Notes under the pieces: model-generated
The model's database searches: none
Told to the model about the DNA's origin: nothing
Seen by the model: the letters and a program-made list of their open reading frames with translations, nothing else
From: a virus
IMG/VR virus record: IMGVR_UViG_3300049830_000285
Location: 96,001 to 160,000 of that record
Reading direction: 5' to 3' (one strand)
Length of the DNA: 64,000 nt
Position numbers and translations under genes: made by a program
In this document: piece after piece, positions 21,301 to 29,981 of the stretch
Position numbering within the stretch: the stretch's first letter is position 1
Layout of the letters: every line of letters begins with the position of its first letter

Positions 21301-23983
21301 TGACTCCCGTTCTGCAAAATGGAGTGACCCAAGTGTGACTAATCCAAGAGAAATTGCGATTAGCAATTTCTTATCCACAATCTTTCAGTTTACTGATGTT
21401 GTCCTTTCTGGAACTATATTTCCTGAGTTAGCGGGCGAAACATTTTATCCAACATTTGCTGATTTCTGGGTGTTTGGCTCTGGAATATTAGAGCGAACAA
21501 ACGGTTACACTAATGATTTAATTGGAACTATTCAAGTTGTGGCATCAGCATTATATGAACGGGGTTCGTTAAGTGAACCTTATGATACATCAGAAATAGC
21601 TTTTGGTGCGCTTTCGCCACAGTCATTAGCCGATGCAATCGTAAAAGATAATGATGAAGATAACAACATTGAAAGAACAAAACGCATAGTTGAATATATG
21701 AATTCAATCGGAGCTTTAAATCATGATGATATCGTTACTTATTGGAATTCATTAGCTGTCAGCGAACAAAGTGAATGGGGCACTACTGGTGGATTTTTAG
21801 ATTCTAATATTCCATATTACTCTGACGTTAGAGGTTTTGTTCTTGGAAGATTCGGAGAATTATTCTGTCCGTTGGCAGTTGCTATTGTTGATGGTGACGG
21901 CGAGGGAAATCCATCAGATGTAGCATTAATGTTACAAAGCGGCTGGGATGCAGACGGCATCAAGCCATTAGTTCTAGGATTGGGTTCTGGTCATCGACAG
22001 CAAGGGCTTAGAACAATGGCAACAGAAGCGCTTGGAAAACATGTTTCAATTGTAGATGGAACAGTCTCTACTGGAGATTGGGATAATACCATAATATCTA
22101 TTTTACCGGGTGGCGAAAATACGGTTTATACTGCTATTTGGAATAGGATTTATGATTATGAAGAACCCACTTTCATTAGTGTAGTCGGAGCAAATTGGAT
22201 TTCAACTATCGGGTCAAGCGTAGTTCTTCAATACCGATATACCATGGATAGAGTAAATTGGTCTCCTTGGATAACACATAGTGGTGGCGGGTCTGAACTT
22301 ACCATCGGTCTTAAGCTTCTGGGAATTGAATATCATGTAGAATTGCAAGAAGGTATAGACTTTGGGGAAAAATCGCTATCTAGTATTAGCTCTCTATATC
22401 ACAAAGTTATCACTCCTGGGTATAAGTATTTATTTACAAAACCGCAAGATGTTGATGGTATGGTGTTTGAGTATTTGTTATCTCAAGACACAGGAACAGA
22501 TTGGCCTTCAACTGCCGATTTACAATGGGGAATCATAAGAGGCGACTCTGTTGATTTCGCTGATTTCGAACAAATGCGCAAAAACCGAAAGGGCGCTTTG
22601 CCAAATCGACAGGCAAGCTTGCAATTTACAGAAGAAGTAAAGCAAGATAAATTAGCTACCGTTACAAGTGATTTTCATTACTATTATGTAAAGAATAGCG
22701 CTGGACAAACAGTTACATGGTCAACTACAGACATCATTACCGTTTATGCGCTTGTGCTGGGGCAATATCGCGAAGTAGTCCCGGATGGTTCTGATGGTGA
22801 TTTTGGATTTGTGTATTTTGCAAATGCTCAACCATCAGATTTGATTATCAAAGTAACAATTGTAACACCTCAGCATTTGTACACATCTAGCGGAGAAGCC
22901 ACCACTACAAAAGATGGGCGAACTTATGTTCTGGCTAATGGTAGCTGGCCGAAAGACGCAACTGCGATAGTTATTGTTAATGGAAAAATCAAACGCGGGG
23001 GATTCTGGTTATCTCCAGATGATGGTACTGTCACTTTTTCCAAAGAAAGAGAGAGAACAGACCTCGTAACAGTATATATTGAATTTAATCATAAATTCCG
23101 CGTGGGAGTGGAAATTAAGAACTACTCTACTGTTTCAGATGTTACACCGTCGAACTTTGGTTTGTTCTATACAGCTAAGCCAGATGGAAGATTGGTTTTC
23201 TTATATGACAATACTAATCCTCCAGCTATTGTTGACAATCTTGTTTCTATCTTACCAAATGGATATCATGAGCCAACATCGAGTCAGAGATTGCTTTTGA
23301 ATTATGTGTTTTATTCTAGTGACAACAACACTGAGCGCGGCACAAAAACAACATGGTGGAGAAAAAGACCATCAGACCCGGCTACATATTCACTGCCAGA
23401 AGACCCCGATTATCCAGGACAAAACTTCCGGCAAATGACTTATGAAAATATTGAAACAGTTGGAATGACCAATAGACACTTCCCGGAATACAACAATCGT
23501 ACTGTTGAGCGAAAAGCAGATGTTAATGCGAGCGATTGGTTTAAGACTTCAGATATTATTCGAGTGAAAGTCACTCCATCTGATGGAATATCTGATGGAA
23601 TTATAGTTCAATCGTCTGCGACAACTCTTACAGGTGAGCATGTTCCATATGTATCTGGTGTAACTATTTCTGCGACTGGCAAGGTTGAAGAGCCTGCATC
23701 TAGTGGTAAGTTTTACGTTCCTGCTGGAACCGAGCTGCGAGCTTATTATTCATACACAGACACGGACACGGGAACTGTTGTTATCAATGGCACCACCCAC
23801 ACTAGTTTAGTGGAATGGTTTGTTAATGACTCAACTACTGTTTATTCGACGCTGCCAGCGATTCCAGCGGGAACTATTACGGCAGGCCAATCAATTAGCT
23901 TTAGAGTTACACCAAGAGACGGGGCTTTACCTAGCGCTCACATTGGAATTCCAGTAATGAGCGAAAATGTGGTTGTTCGTTAA
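15359..23983 (+). CDS. Giant virion-associated protein (2874 aa) with tail-fibre modules, Asp-box/BNR propeller and possible vWA-like segment
   Basis: Asp-boxes YRSYNDGYTW, YSDDDGDTW, FSTKDRGLSW; two RVLVKNQ..QNG(I/V)Y modules; LVVDDSRS. Confidence 0.7.
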   Translation: MIKTSKYSYNMLELGDIWYPGYDRENMETVENQINALISFVGPGVIDGWDVTKISIPSGDDVTDATYRSEQLALIQAYDADPYSRLGRQFALLGLVSSLNSCQAASVSNLTLSGLQKIDGIDIVAGNRVLVKNQTTQTQNGIYVAASGAWSRSTDFDNNSELSANMIIRVLSGSDNANTLWALSPPITASASPYAYTIGTNKLFFHDAWEQVIRVTTGHGFVGKWAARTDVIAYFRFTTTNIYYAWVEASNCLVTEGLAAIVVPLDPDIDFDLTHTAAFLSEIWVSQKNNANNNGDYRIYIDRIVYSDKRQVLKDLASALDKALKKAFYRHVHLGGSDHPSKINLSTKLVLDAVGPEGSTIFLIKDSKGNTFTWNASDYGLPIVKLNDVELPITSYVINSTQGKLYLQNSISSGSTLKVILPLAKQVKLTIQSDSDIVDAFIYLTDGTKRFDSDGNPNGNQIYTWDAGLYHTPVVMLKGDVVDPLVIPYTINASRGGIAFLPALDGATYVDTDLEVIITHIADEITGKLSGKRLKNIDASTFTIGKLDTKRMYGLSHVGQNRHMELAELRPTLRLFDSGDHTTFYAEVPGSELQHTTDIFAIYQSQNFIGQNTLLGSKHGLLQTSDYVAAILQPNWIADSGQIVQIIDNLLIPKNTNHFANTFVRTWDDSLTPRTGRIFSTKDRGLSWQRLKMPTIATDTSTITALATAFQVSTERIETSTGLAKTYEWYTIYNLGTNHGLYSAQIKEGLADDEWEWTYQSYLSTNTKVYAVLEIVTLHETWDNDGNLTETFDRSVYVGAETGFFVNGYLVSNAIVKGIYWLQGGTDPRKNNIIWHTDHEVYVTHTSELIETDNARYYNHPLVYFKQADIVQLTDAKASTTSNITDFVTSCPSTVDGVALIANDRVLVKNQTNSIQNGVYTVTTVGAGSNGHWIRATDMAAAVTATSEFYIRVTNGNIFGGSAWHVKTTTLINTDALNWINLILRPINDTSRTFNNLHQHAFDPSIYFALTDSNIYRIDDVYDDGTDSWTALSASQLIWEEMNQGSPRCIISDSTGDFGVLRVGTNRGIWKSAKAVWDNTDVNAPWVRTSQQFLTSHEPTVFVATDFSDYTESVEYSHTPPTPTLQHSVAYQGFIWDTPKQPWDNFVFEKDYTTFWVNPWNGDNADVVVYIGNTPSDTNYILTPELGKIQFTSTIGRTNARKVKITILRPGAFISDIGTIPHGEMPNSFVTNATQSTVLSQDFTAQDTIIHVADEGAIPVGTNYIELRNSINRERLNIVVNPSTKEITLAHPRSGIVTFPKTTTKVYVVNVQSVLGIEDEITKKQTNETYHLNSLGGVNTIQLSIAAKNHYTSPSLFDNYGSYARHGYNADRGPKNAMFFDFGTDPYDSTKSSSAFYVGNDPFGGIDSAVEPTSVYSIYGASPSGDNMQVGTDQGMWYYSLSESRWLKSSSLGQAHRTYFIQNVDSVLTTGTDSGVYQKNNNSWALNATYPQTAFAQVDNQPWKTIGDVTYTYDAWGKEDGLAFILHQSDSSTFVSDHFDALDGRRVYGLHHDQFIRVSTDSQGNTTQTLVNTLYLATEDGLFAVTEGGRDSKYSSVLTGRQMFGDSRPMIDVALPSGGTQSVPVKFYSITKSQRPNSIPMILFSSNGVYVVRNWRWCDPDPAAAPPVLDFFAESHSLAGISCYSYLQTSEGTTPVVYKLFVATEKGVYRSYNDGYTWERCERIAGGDTAVYTLVSSGTGILAGTELGFYYSDDDGDTWYLPEDNGNGVAEFASVVSTSIAFNGGYLAQTFKLDAISNDVTKVALHLSLKDLTNNPAYNASLNNTLQVAIYTTSGGQPNSPIATVGTPDTILASDVAFRGWHYANISVTGLTPGATYALVVNENIAPGGVSAFKWHTSKVLNPYPEGKAFQGASWTSLTTQDYYFRVYQPAPPIATETIEPVGYYDNTHPIGWREGEGRGWYVSGGQLTSNINPLISLVVDDSRSAKWSDPSVTNPREIAISNFLSTIFQFTDVVLSGTIFPELAGETFYPTFADFWVFGSGILERTNGYTNDLIGTIQVVASALYERGSLSEPYDTSEIAFGALSPQSLADAIVKDNDEDNNIERTKRIVEYMNSIGALNHDDIVTYWNSLAVSEQSEWGTTGGFLDSNIPYYSDVRGFVLGRFGELFCPLAVAIVDGDGEGNPSDVALMLQSGWDADGIKPLVLGLGSGHRQQGLRTMATEALGKHVSIVDGTVSTGDWDNTIISILPGGENTVYTAIWNRIYDYEEPTFISVVGANWISTIGSSVVLQYRYTMDRVNWSPWITHSGGGSELTIGLKLLGIEYHVELQEGIDFGEKSLSSISSLYHKVITPGYKYLFTKPQDVDGMVFEYLLSQDTGTDWPSTADLQWGIIRGDSVDFADFEQMRKNRKGALPNRQASLQFTEEVKQDKLATVTSDFHYYYVKNSAGQTVTWSTTDIITVYALVLGQYREVVPDGSDGDFGFVYFANAQPSDLIIKVTIVTPQHLYTSSGEATTTKDGRTYVLANGSWPKDATAIVIVNGKIKRGGFWLSPDDGTVTFSKERERTDLVTVYIEFNHKFRVGVEIKNYSTVSDVTPSNFGLFYTAKPDGRLVFLYDNTNPPAIVDNLVSILPNGYHEPTSSQRLLLNYVFYSSDNNTERGTKTTWWRKRPSDPATYSLPEDPDYPGQNFRQMTYENIETVGMTNRHFPEYNNRTVERKADVNASDWFKTSDIIRVKVTPSDGISDGIIVQSSATTLTGEHVPYVSGVTISATGKVEEPASSGKFYVPAGTELRAYYSYTDTDTGTVVINGTTHTSLVEWFVNDSTTVYSTLPAIPAGTITAGQSISFRVTPRDGALPSAHIGIPVMSENVVVR

Positions 23984-24765
23984 TCTAAAACGACATGTGG
24001 ATATTGTGCTACATCATCAAGCAAATCTTGATTGGAAAATTGTTTTCTGTTAATAGTTCTCCAACCATTGCTTGAAAGTGTTTTGTCCGAGGGACAGATG
24101 CTTCTCGTGGTTCTTCCATGCTCACCGTAATGCAAAATTTGAGCATTGTGAATTCTGTCATGTGGATTTTTCGACCTATCAAGGCGAATAAAATCATCTT
24201 CAAGAAATCTCTCCAATCGCACTCTAAATGCCCACATTAATTCTCCATGGCAAACAATTACAACGTTTTTGTCACCAGAATATTCACGATGTAAAGTGTC
24301 TAACACTCTATCTACGCGAAGGCAAAGATTAGAAATTGATTCTCCGTTTGGCGGAGCACCATAAAATGGGTCTTCTTGCTTGAAAGAAGAAGCGCCTGTT
24401 CTTTCAACAAAATCGCGTAATCCGACATCTCCCCAATCTCGCTCACGAAGATATGGTTCAACTTTCCATTGGGCATCTTTAAGATTTAAAGCAGCAGCGG
24501 TTTCTTTTGCGCGAACAAAATCAGATACAAAAAAACCATCGAATTTCAGCTTGATGTTATGCCTTAAATAATCGCCAGCCACTTCAGCTTGTTGGTGACC
24601 AAGTTCGGTTAATCGCCACTTCGAACCAGTTCTGCTCAATACAGATTTGTCTAATGCATCGAATTGCCTAGTTCCTTGGCGCAATTCATGCACCAATTTG
24701 TTAAATTCTGATTCACCATGTCGAACTAAGATGATATTTTTTGGTAACACATTATATGTTACCAT
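23980..24765 (-). CDS. Histidine phosphatase (phosphoglycerate mutase family)
   Basis: LVRHGESEFN (RHG motif), SDFVRAKETA, LRERDWG, VVCHG. Confidence 0.9.
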   Translation of the reverse strand: MVTYNVLPKNIILVRHGESEFNKLVHELRQGTRQFDALDKSVLSRTGSKWRLTELGHQQAEVAGDYLRHNIKLKFDGFFVSDFVRAKETAAALNLKDAQWKVEPYLRERDWGDVGLRDFVERTGASSFKQEDPFYGAPPNGESISNLCLRVDRVLDTLHREYSGDKNVVIVCHGELMWAFRVRLERFLEDDFIRLDRSKNPHDRIHNAQILHYGEHGRTTRSICPSDKTLSSNGWRTINRKQFSNQDLLDDVAQYPHVVLD

Positions 24766-24773
24766 AAATATTC

Positions 24774-26108
24774 TTAAGCTGCGCTTTTAACCCAGATTTC
24801 TAGCATATCGCCGTCAACACCATTATCAGATGCGATAGAGATAGCAGACAAGGTGATACCAGTAATCGCGGTGGCACCAATCGCAAATCGAGTACCAACA
24901 GAAGAGCCAACTGGAATAGTAACAGTCTGAAGACTGGTAGTTAAATCAGCTTTTTGCACAACAAGTGTCGCAATAATTTCATCTGTAGTGGCTGCACTAC
25001 CATTTCCAACAATTCTGACTTCAAGATTTGAATTTAATGAAATACCACACATAGTAGTTTGAGTGAAAGCTAGTGCTGTTGTGCCCATAGTAATAGCCGC
25101 GTTAGTGGACATATAGAACTTTTTAGAGCCATTTGTTGAACCAGATGTGACATAAACTGCCATTCCATATGATACTTCGGTTGCTGATGAAGCGTCTGCA
25201 TCAGTAGCTCGCACAAGCATCCAGGGTACTGATGCACTTCCGATACTGGCAACTACATATACACCATTTTGGAACGCAGAAGCTTGGTCTTTAACCAACA
25301 GTCTGTCTCCAGCAGCTAAGGTGATACCATCTTGCGCAGCCAATGCTGCGTTTCCGCCAGCAGTCAGGGTCGCGCCAACGCCAGCAGTACCATTAGCATA
25401 GGTGGGAGTGTTGGGAAGAACTCCAGTTGTTGCTGCTTTGGCATCTGTAACATCATGAACAGTGGTGAGAGTGGCAGGCCAAGCTCCGCTGGCTTTTGTA
25501 ACTGTTCCTACTTTAACAATTAATTCTTCTACCATTTGGTCGCGCCACAACTTTCTAAACCCCGATGTGAAAAACGGGTCATTAACGCCAGTTGAGGTTG
25601 CGTTCCATTTGTCTCTGAATTTCTTGCTGGAATAAGCGGCTTTAGAATATGTTTCAAGCGCTGTGCAGCAAGCTTTCATGACTGGCTGAACATCAGATGT
25701 CATTTTCTTTTCAACTGTGCGAAAAGATGATGCGAGAGCGGCGGCATTATCATATTCAGTTGACACCATGTTAGTATTTACTGTTTGTCGTGCGTTAGCG
25801 ATTGTTGTAAGTGCATCAATGCCACCCGCCACCGTTCCTAACACCGATGTATAACCTGTACCCAAATCAGTTGTGATACTTAAAACTTTTGTTTTGTCGT
25901 CAAGAGCCATAATACTTACCTCGAAGTCCATTGCCTGTACTTCGTTCTTAATAGTTTCTTCTGGAATTTCTGACAAAGCCCCTACTGACGGCTCAACCAT
26001 TTTTTCTACTGTTTTTGCAGGGCTTTCAACAGCTTTTACTTTCTTATCTTGAATAACAGGTGTAGATTCCTCGTTTTCTTCTGGTGTGATTTTCTTTTCG
26101 TCTGCCAT
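24774..26108 (-). CDS. Probable virion protein containing one tail-fibre-type module
   Basis: YANGTAGVGATLT..DGITLAAGDRLLVKDQASAFQNGVY, the same module as in the giant ORFs. Confidence 0.65.
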   Translation of the reverse strand: MADEKKITPEENEESTPVIQDKKVKAVESPAKTVEKMVEPSVGALSEIPEETIKNEVQAMDFEVSIMALDDKTKVLSITTDLGTGYTSVLGTVAGGIDALTTIANARQTVNTNMVSTEYDNAAALASSFRTVEKKMTSDVQPVMKACCTALETYSKAAYSSKKFRDKWNATSTGVNDPFFTSGFRKLWRDQMVEELIVKVGTVTKASGAWPATLTTVHDVTDAKAATTGVLPNTPTYANGTAGVGATLTAGGNAALAAQDGITLAAGDRLLVKDQASAFQNGVYVVASIGSASVPWMLVRATDADASSATEVSYGMAVYVTSGSTNGSKKFYMSTNAAITMGTTALAFTQTTMCGISLNSNLEVRIVGNGSAATTDEIIATLVVQKADLTTSLQTVTIPVGSSVGTRFAIGATAITGITLSAISIASDNGVDGDMLEIWVKSAA

Positions 26109-26129
26109 GATGCCCTCAAGATATGTTTA

Positions 26130-26172
26130 AAATAAAAAAGCCCAGGAACCTGTTGGTTCCTGGGCTTTTCTT
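26130..26172. terminator. Intrinsic terminator, U-tracts possible on both strands
   Basis: Perfect 15-bp stem AAAAGCCCAGGAACC-TGTT-GGTTCCTGGGCTTTT (26136-26169) just downstream of 26181..26495(-). Confidence 0.9.
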
Positions 26173-26180
26173 TGTTTTTC

Positions 26181-26495
26181 TTAGTGTCCGCCGCGTCCAC
26201 CTGAGCCAGCGTTTCCGCCGTTATTTCCACCAAAGCCACCATTATTTCCGCCGAAACCGCCATTGTTTCCGCTTCCAAATCCTCCACCGCCGAATCCGTT
26301 GTTGCGATTACCCATTCGAGATAAGCTTGTTGGTTCGGGAGACATGTCAAATGTATATTTGCCAGATAAAATCATAGCAATCAATTGCGGGTCTGCGCTT
26401 CGGATGATGATTTTTCGAGTAACCTTACCATCTTGTGCAAATGCTGATGCTGCTAAAATAGCAGATAGTGTGAGAATTGTGAAAAGTTTTTTCAT
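26181..26495 (-). CDS. Small secreted protein with Gly/Asn/Phe-rich tail
   Basis: Signal peptide MKKLFTILTLSAILAASAFA; IIIRSADPQLIAMILSG; repeated GGFGGNN. Confidence 0.75.
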   Translation of the reverse strand: MKKLFTILTLSAILAASAFAQDGKVTRKIIIRSADPQLIAMILSGKYTFDMSPEPTSLSRMGNRNNGFGGGGFGSGNNGGFGGNNGGFGGNNGGNAGSGGRGGH

Positions 26496-26533
26496 GTTAT
26501 TGTTCTTTTTTACACGTGTTGTGTTGTTTTCCT

Positions 26534-26941
26534 TTAGAGTAATTTTAATTCTCCAGTGACTTCATTAATGCGGTGAGCGTAGTTTGGGCCAATAGCTAAA
26601 CAAGTATATGTTGGCACTCCATCGAATTCTGTTCTGCCAGCATCTAAAATCAAATGTACGCGCAACCCCTTTTCTTTTGCTCGTTCATAGATTTGATGCA
26701 ACTCTTCTTCGCTTTCTACCCGGACGCATACTTTTGTAAATGCATCTGTTAGCCAAGCTCGTTCTTCGGAATCAAATTCGATTGTTTTAGCTTGTTTTCC
26801 GTTTTTACGAAATCCAACTTTGTCAGATAAAAAACTCAAGCTAGCATGTGCGCCTTGGGCTACCATTTTGCCCTTACGCATATTCAGGTCATTGCGCATC
26901 ACGATAACCTGTTTAACTTCTAAACCTGGTGTTTCACCCAT
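26534..26941 (-). CDS. pth2: Peptidyl-tRNA hydrolase, Pth2 type
   Basis: KQVIVMRNDLNMRKGKMVAQGAHA, KVCVRV, DAGRTEF, TCLAIGP. Confidence 0.92.
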   Translation of the reverse strand: MGETPGLEVKQVIVMRNDLNMRKGKMVAQGAHASLSFLSDKVGFRKNGKQAKTIEFDSEERAWLTDAFTKVCVRVESEEELHQIYERAKEKGLRVHLILDAGRTEFDGVPTYTCLAIGPNYAHRINEVTGELKLL

Positions 26942-26943
26942 TA

Positions 26944-27270
26944 CTATTTCCTTTTCTTTCGTTCTTTCGAATTGTTAGACGAGCCACCCTGCGGTGTGTT
27001 TTGCTCATATTTTCTTCCAGTGATGTGTTGCTCGCTGTCAAGCCACCCAAGCCATTGCTTAACTTGAGAATACGCCCCACTATCAAACAAATATTGAATC
27101 ATCACAACCTTTTCGTTGTATTCGGTTCGTCGCTCCTTACTCCATCGGTTGGCGTTTTCTTTTTTACTAACCGAACCAAGGGTGAAAATTTTGTTCATTT
27201 CAGCAGCGGCGAGTTTTCTATCAATTGATGCGTCGGATTGATAGTTTCCGTTTTTTGTATTTTTAGCCAT
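26944..27270 (-). CDS. Hypothetical protein
   Basis: 108-aa ORF packed between pth2 and the ARH gene. Confidence 0.55.
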   Translation of the reverse strand: MAKNTKNGNYQSDASIDRKLAAAEMNKIFTLGSVSKKENANRWSKERRTEYNEKVVMIQYLFDSGAYSQVKQWLGWLDSEQHITGRKYEQNTPQGGSSNNSKERKKRK

Positions 27271-28255
27271 AGATTAAACCGTGTAGTTGTTCTGCCTGTT
27301 CCATGATAACATTTCCAAGCTCTAATTCTTGCAATAACAGGACTGGTAATGATTGTACACCATTTTGCGTGCCAATTAGCTGTCCTGTGATACTTCCTGT
27401 AGAATCTGAATCTCCACTGTGATTTACAGCATTAATTATCGCGTCTAAAAAGGTGTCATTTTTCAAAGCACAATAGATACTCATAGCTAGTGCTTCATCT
27501 CCAGTCCATCCTTCTCCAATGTCGCTGAAATGCTCATGATTAAATTTGCTATCCAATGCATGTAATTCTTGAGCTAATTCCCATAATTTTATTGTTCCGC
27601 AGCTATTTTCTTCTTTCTTAATAAAATCAAAAGTGTCAGATTGTGCAATTTCAAATGTTTTATTATGATGGGTTATTAACGAAATCATTCGAGCAAGTGC
27701 CCCAGCGGGAATAAATCCATCAACATCGTGGTGGGTGACAAGAGCACACATCTTACCAGCACAATAAGCTTCATCTGGGTCATTGAGGGTTAATCCAATA
27801 GGTGCAGAACGCATTACGCCACCACAACCTTTACTTCTATTGTTAATGGTTATTCCCGTGTCTTTTAGTTGTTTTAGCGACCCAAGGCAGGTTAGTCCCG
27901 GCGCTCTTTGTGACCAAAGTTCTTTATGTTGCATGATTTTTAAACGAGCGGCACCATCATAATCATTTTCTTGAGTTTCAAGCCAATATAAATATGCCTG
28001 TGTTAAAATCACTTCAAATGGAATGCTTTGTCTAGATTGAAAAAATTGGCACAATGCATCAACGGTAAACATTGTCATCTGGGTGTCGTCAGTGATGGCA
28101 CCTTTTCTACCATAGGCAAAATCAAAATCTTGAATACCTTTTTCGCCATAAGCATGTTTTATGGCTCCCCATTTCATAAACTCAACCGGGGCACCCAAGG
28201 CATCTCCGATAGCGCCGCCAGCCAAACATCCTTGAAAGCGCTCTAATGTGGTCAT
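27263..28255 (-). CDS. ADP-ribosylglycohydrolase (DraG/ARH family)
   Basis: GCLAGGAIGDALGAPVEF, ITDDTQMT, SKGCGGVMR, GDSDSTGSITG. Start placed at MTTLERF, 6 nt after TATAAT. Confidence 0.92.
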   Translation of the reverse strand: MTTLERFQGCLAGGAIGDALGAPVEFMKWGAIKHAYGEKGIQDFDFAYGRKGAITDDTQMTMFTVDALCQFFQSRQSIPFEVILTQAYLYWLETQENDYDGAARLKIMQHKELWSQRAPGLTCLGSLKQLKDTGITINNRSKGCGGVMRSAPIGLTLNDPDEAYCAGKMCALVTHHDVDGFIPAGALARMISLITHHNKTFEIAQSDTFDFIKKEENSCGTIKLWELAQELHALDSKFNHEHFSDIGEGWTGDEALAMSIYCALKNDTFLDAIINAVNHSGDSDSTGSITGQLIGTQNGVQSLPVLLLQELELGNVIMEQAEQLHGLIYG

Positions 28256-28274
28256 GTGTATATTATACTCTATA

Positions 28275-28856
28275 TTAAAATCCTCTAGCTTTCCTAGCAT
28301 GGTGCAGTAGACTTCTGGCTGCCTCTTCTGCTTCTTCTGGCTTTAAAGCCATCCAAGAAATGGTTTGCGAGAAATCAGTTACAACACAACCGTCTTCATG
28401 ACCTATTCTCCATTTGAAATCCTGCGATGGCGCTGCTTGCTGTGTGGTTTCGGATTCATAAAATGGAACAAATTCACCGACAATAAAGGAGGATATCTTC
28501 CCGAGATTCATGTATTTTTTGTCTGCCTTCGGTAAAACAACAATAGCTAACACAGAGTCGTCTAACGGCTGAATTCTCAACGAGTGCTCTCCGCTAATGA
28601 TTTCATATTCAAAACCAGTTTCGCCAATGACTTTACTCCAATGCTGCCCGTGGCTTATGTGTAATTCACACATACCTGAAATAATTTTCACAGCAAAATT
28701 ATTCATCCAATCCCATGATTGAATTTTATCAATTTTATGAAGTTCTAACACCCAATCATCAACGACGCAATGAACAGAACTCGTGCCGCATGAAATCCAC
28801 TTGCCCTTTAATAGCCGTGGCATATCATTTTCCAGTTTACGCAAAGCGTTAAGCAT
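28275..28856 (-). CDS. Hypothetical protein
   Basis: ORF; leaderless start TATAAT-N6-ATG at 28856. Confidence 0.6.
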   Translation of the reverse strand: MLNALRKLENDMPRLLKGKWISCGTSSVHCVVDDWVLELHKIDKIQSWDWMNNFAVKIISGMCELHISHGQHWSKVIGETGFEYEIISGEHSLRIQPLDDSVLAIVVLPKADKKYMNLGKISSFIVGEFVPFYESETTQQAAPSQDFKWRIGHEDGCVVTDFSQTISWMALKPEEAEEAARSLLHHARKARGF

Positions 28857-28907
28857 GATGTTATTATACTCTTTCCTCAAACTGTATATCAAATGTGGTA
28901 AGAAAAA

Positions 28908-29492
28908 ATGCTTCAAATAGGTATCACTGGCGGAATTGCATGCGGAAAAAGCACAATTCTAGAACAAATCAGCTCACTTGGATACTCCGTCTTTTCATCT
29001 GACGCCGCTTTTAAGGCTATTTTTGACACCGCAGAGGTACAAGAGTGGCTGAAAGAGCAAATAACCCAACGCAAGGGAGAAGATGGCTGGAAAGAGTATC
29101 AAGAAGTTGGTAAAACCATGATTCGATATTTGGTACTAAGCGACCCACAATTTAAAACCGATTACGAAAGTTTTGTTCACCCGATGATTCGTAAAGCAAT
29201 GATTGAAGCCAATGCAGATGTTTCAGAGGTTCCGTTATTATTTGAGACTAGCGGAGAGTCATGCTTTAGGCATATTTGGGTTGTGGCGTGTGACCCGGAA
29301 ACTCAAATATCAAGATTGATGGAGCGCATGTCTTGCAATCGAGATTATGCTCTTGCTTGGATAAACAAACAAATGTCGCTTCGAGACAAAATAGAAAGAG
29401 CAACTCGTGTCATTTACACTGATGAAACGCCCGATAAGGTTTTTGAAATAGTTAAACAATCATTGGCTGAAGATTTAACAATGGTAGGTTAA
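28908..29492 (+). CDS. coaE: Dephospho-CoA kinase
   Basis: IGITGGIACGKST P-loop, FVHPMIR, EVPLLFE, VACDPETQISRLMER, Q-M-x-x-x-DK. Confidence 0.9.
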   Translation: MLQIGITGGIACGKSTILEQISSLGYSVFSSDAAFKAIFDTAEVQEWLKEQITQRKGEDGWKEYQEVGKTMIRYLVLSDPQFKTDYESFVHPMIRKAMIEANADVSEVPLLFETSGESCFRHIWVVACDPETQISRLMERMSCNRDYALAWINKQMSLRDKIERATRVIYTDETPDKVFEIVKQSLAEDLTMVG

Positions 29493-29981
29493 GCCAAGCT
29501 CTTTGAAAATAACTCGATTACGTTCATGGGTTTCTGCTCTGATTTTTTCAGCATTTTTAGGATAATTTTCTCCATCATTTCTGCACTCCCACAATTCTGC
29601 ATGACATCGGTCACAATTTGTTCTGCACCAGCCGCCGTTTCTCCATGTGCCCTCTAAGCCACAATCTTCGCAAATTTCACCAGACTGTTTTTCCGCATCA
29701 CTAATCAAAGCACTAAATTTTTTATCTACATCAACCGCGCTCGATGCATAAAATCTCAAGGTGCCAAATTTTTCCTTTACTTGCAAAACGGAATATGTTG
29801 GGTCGAGCTTAATTAATTCAATGTGTAATCTAGCTACCAATGGTAGCCATCCATCACCTACGCCGCTCCAACATGCATCATTGCCTATGTTGGGTTCTAA
29901 AAAATGTAAAGTTTTCATGTTTGCTCTAAAATATGACAATATCCTCTGGGTGGTCAACAACGATTCCGTTATCTTCTTCAA
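29475..29981 (-). CDS. Conserved phage hypothetical protein with C-terminal Zn-binding motif
   Basis: VGDGWLPLV..QVKEKFGTLRFY..CEDCG..CDRC; real start is probably 29918 (MKTLHF). Confidence 0.65.
   Translation of the reverse strand: MKKITESLLTTQRILSYFRANMKTLHFLEPNIGNDACWSGVGDGWLPLVARLHIELIKLDPTYSVLQVKEKFGTLRFYASSAVDVDKKFSALISDAEKQSGEICEDCGLEGTWRNGGWCRTNCDRCHAELWECRNDGENYPKNAEKIRAETHERNRVIFKELGLTYHC

Noticed and set aside
842-23300. Many antisense and alternate-frame ORFs inside the three giant genes
   Set aside because: Shadow ORFs with no motifs or translation signals.
26190-26300. Short tandem DNA repeats (GGCGGTTTCGGCGGAAATAAT-like)
   Set aside because: They encode the GGFGGNN low-complexity tail; not a CRISPR array or regulatory repeat.
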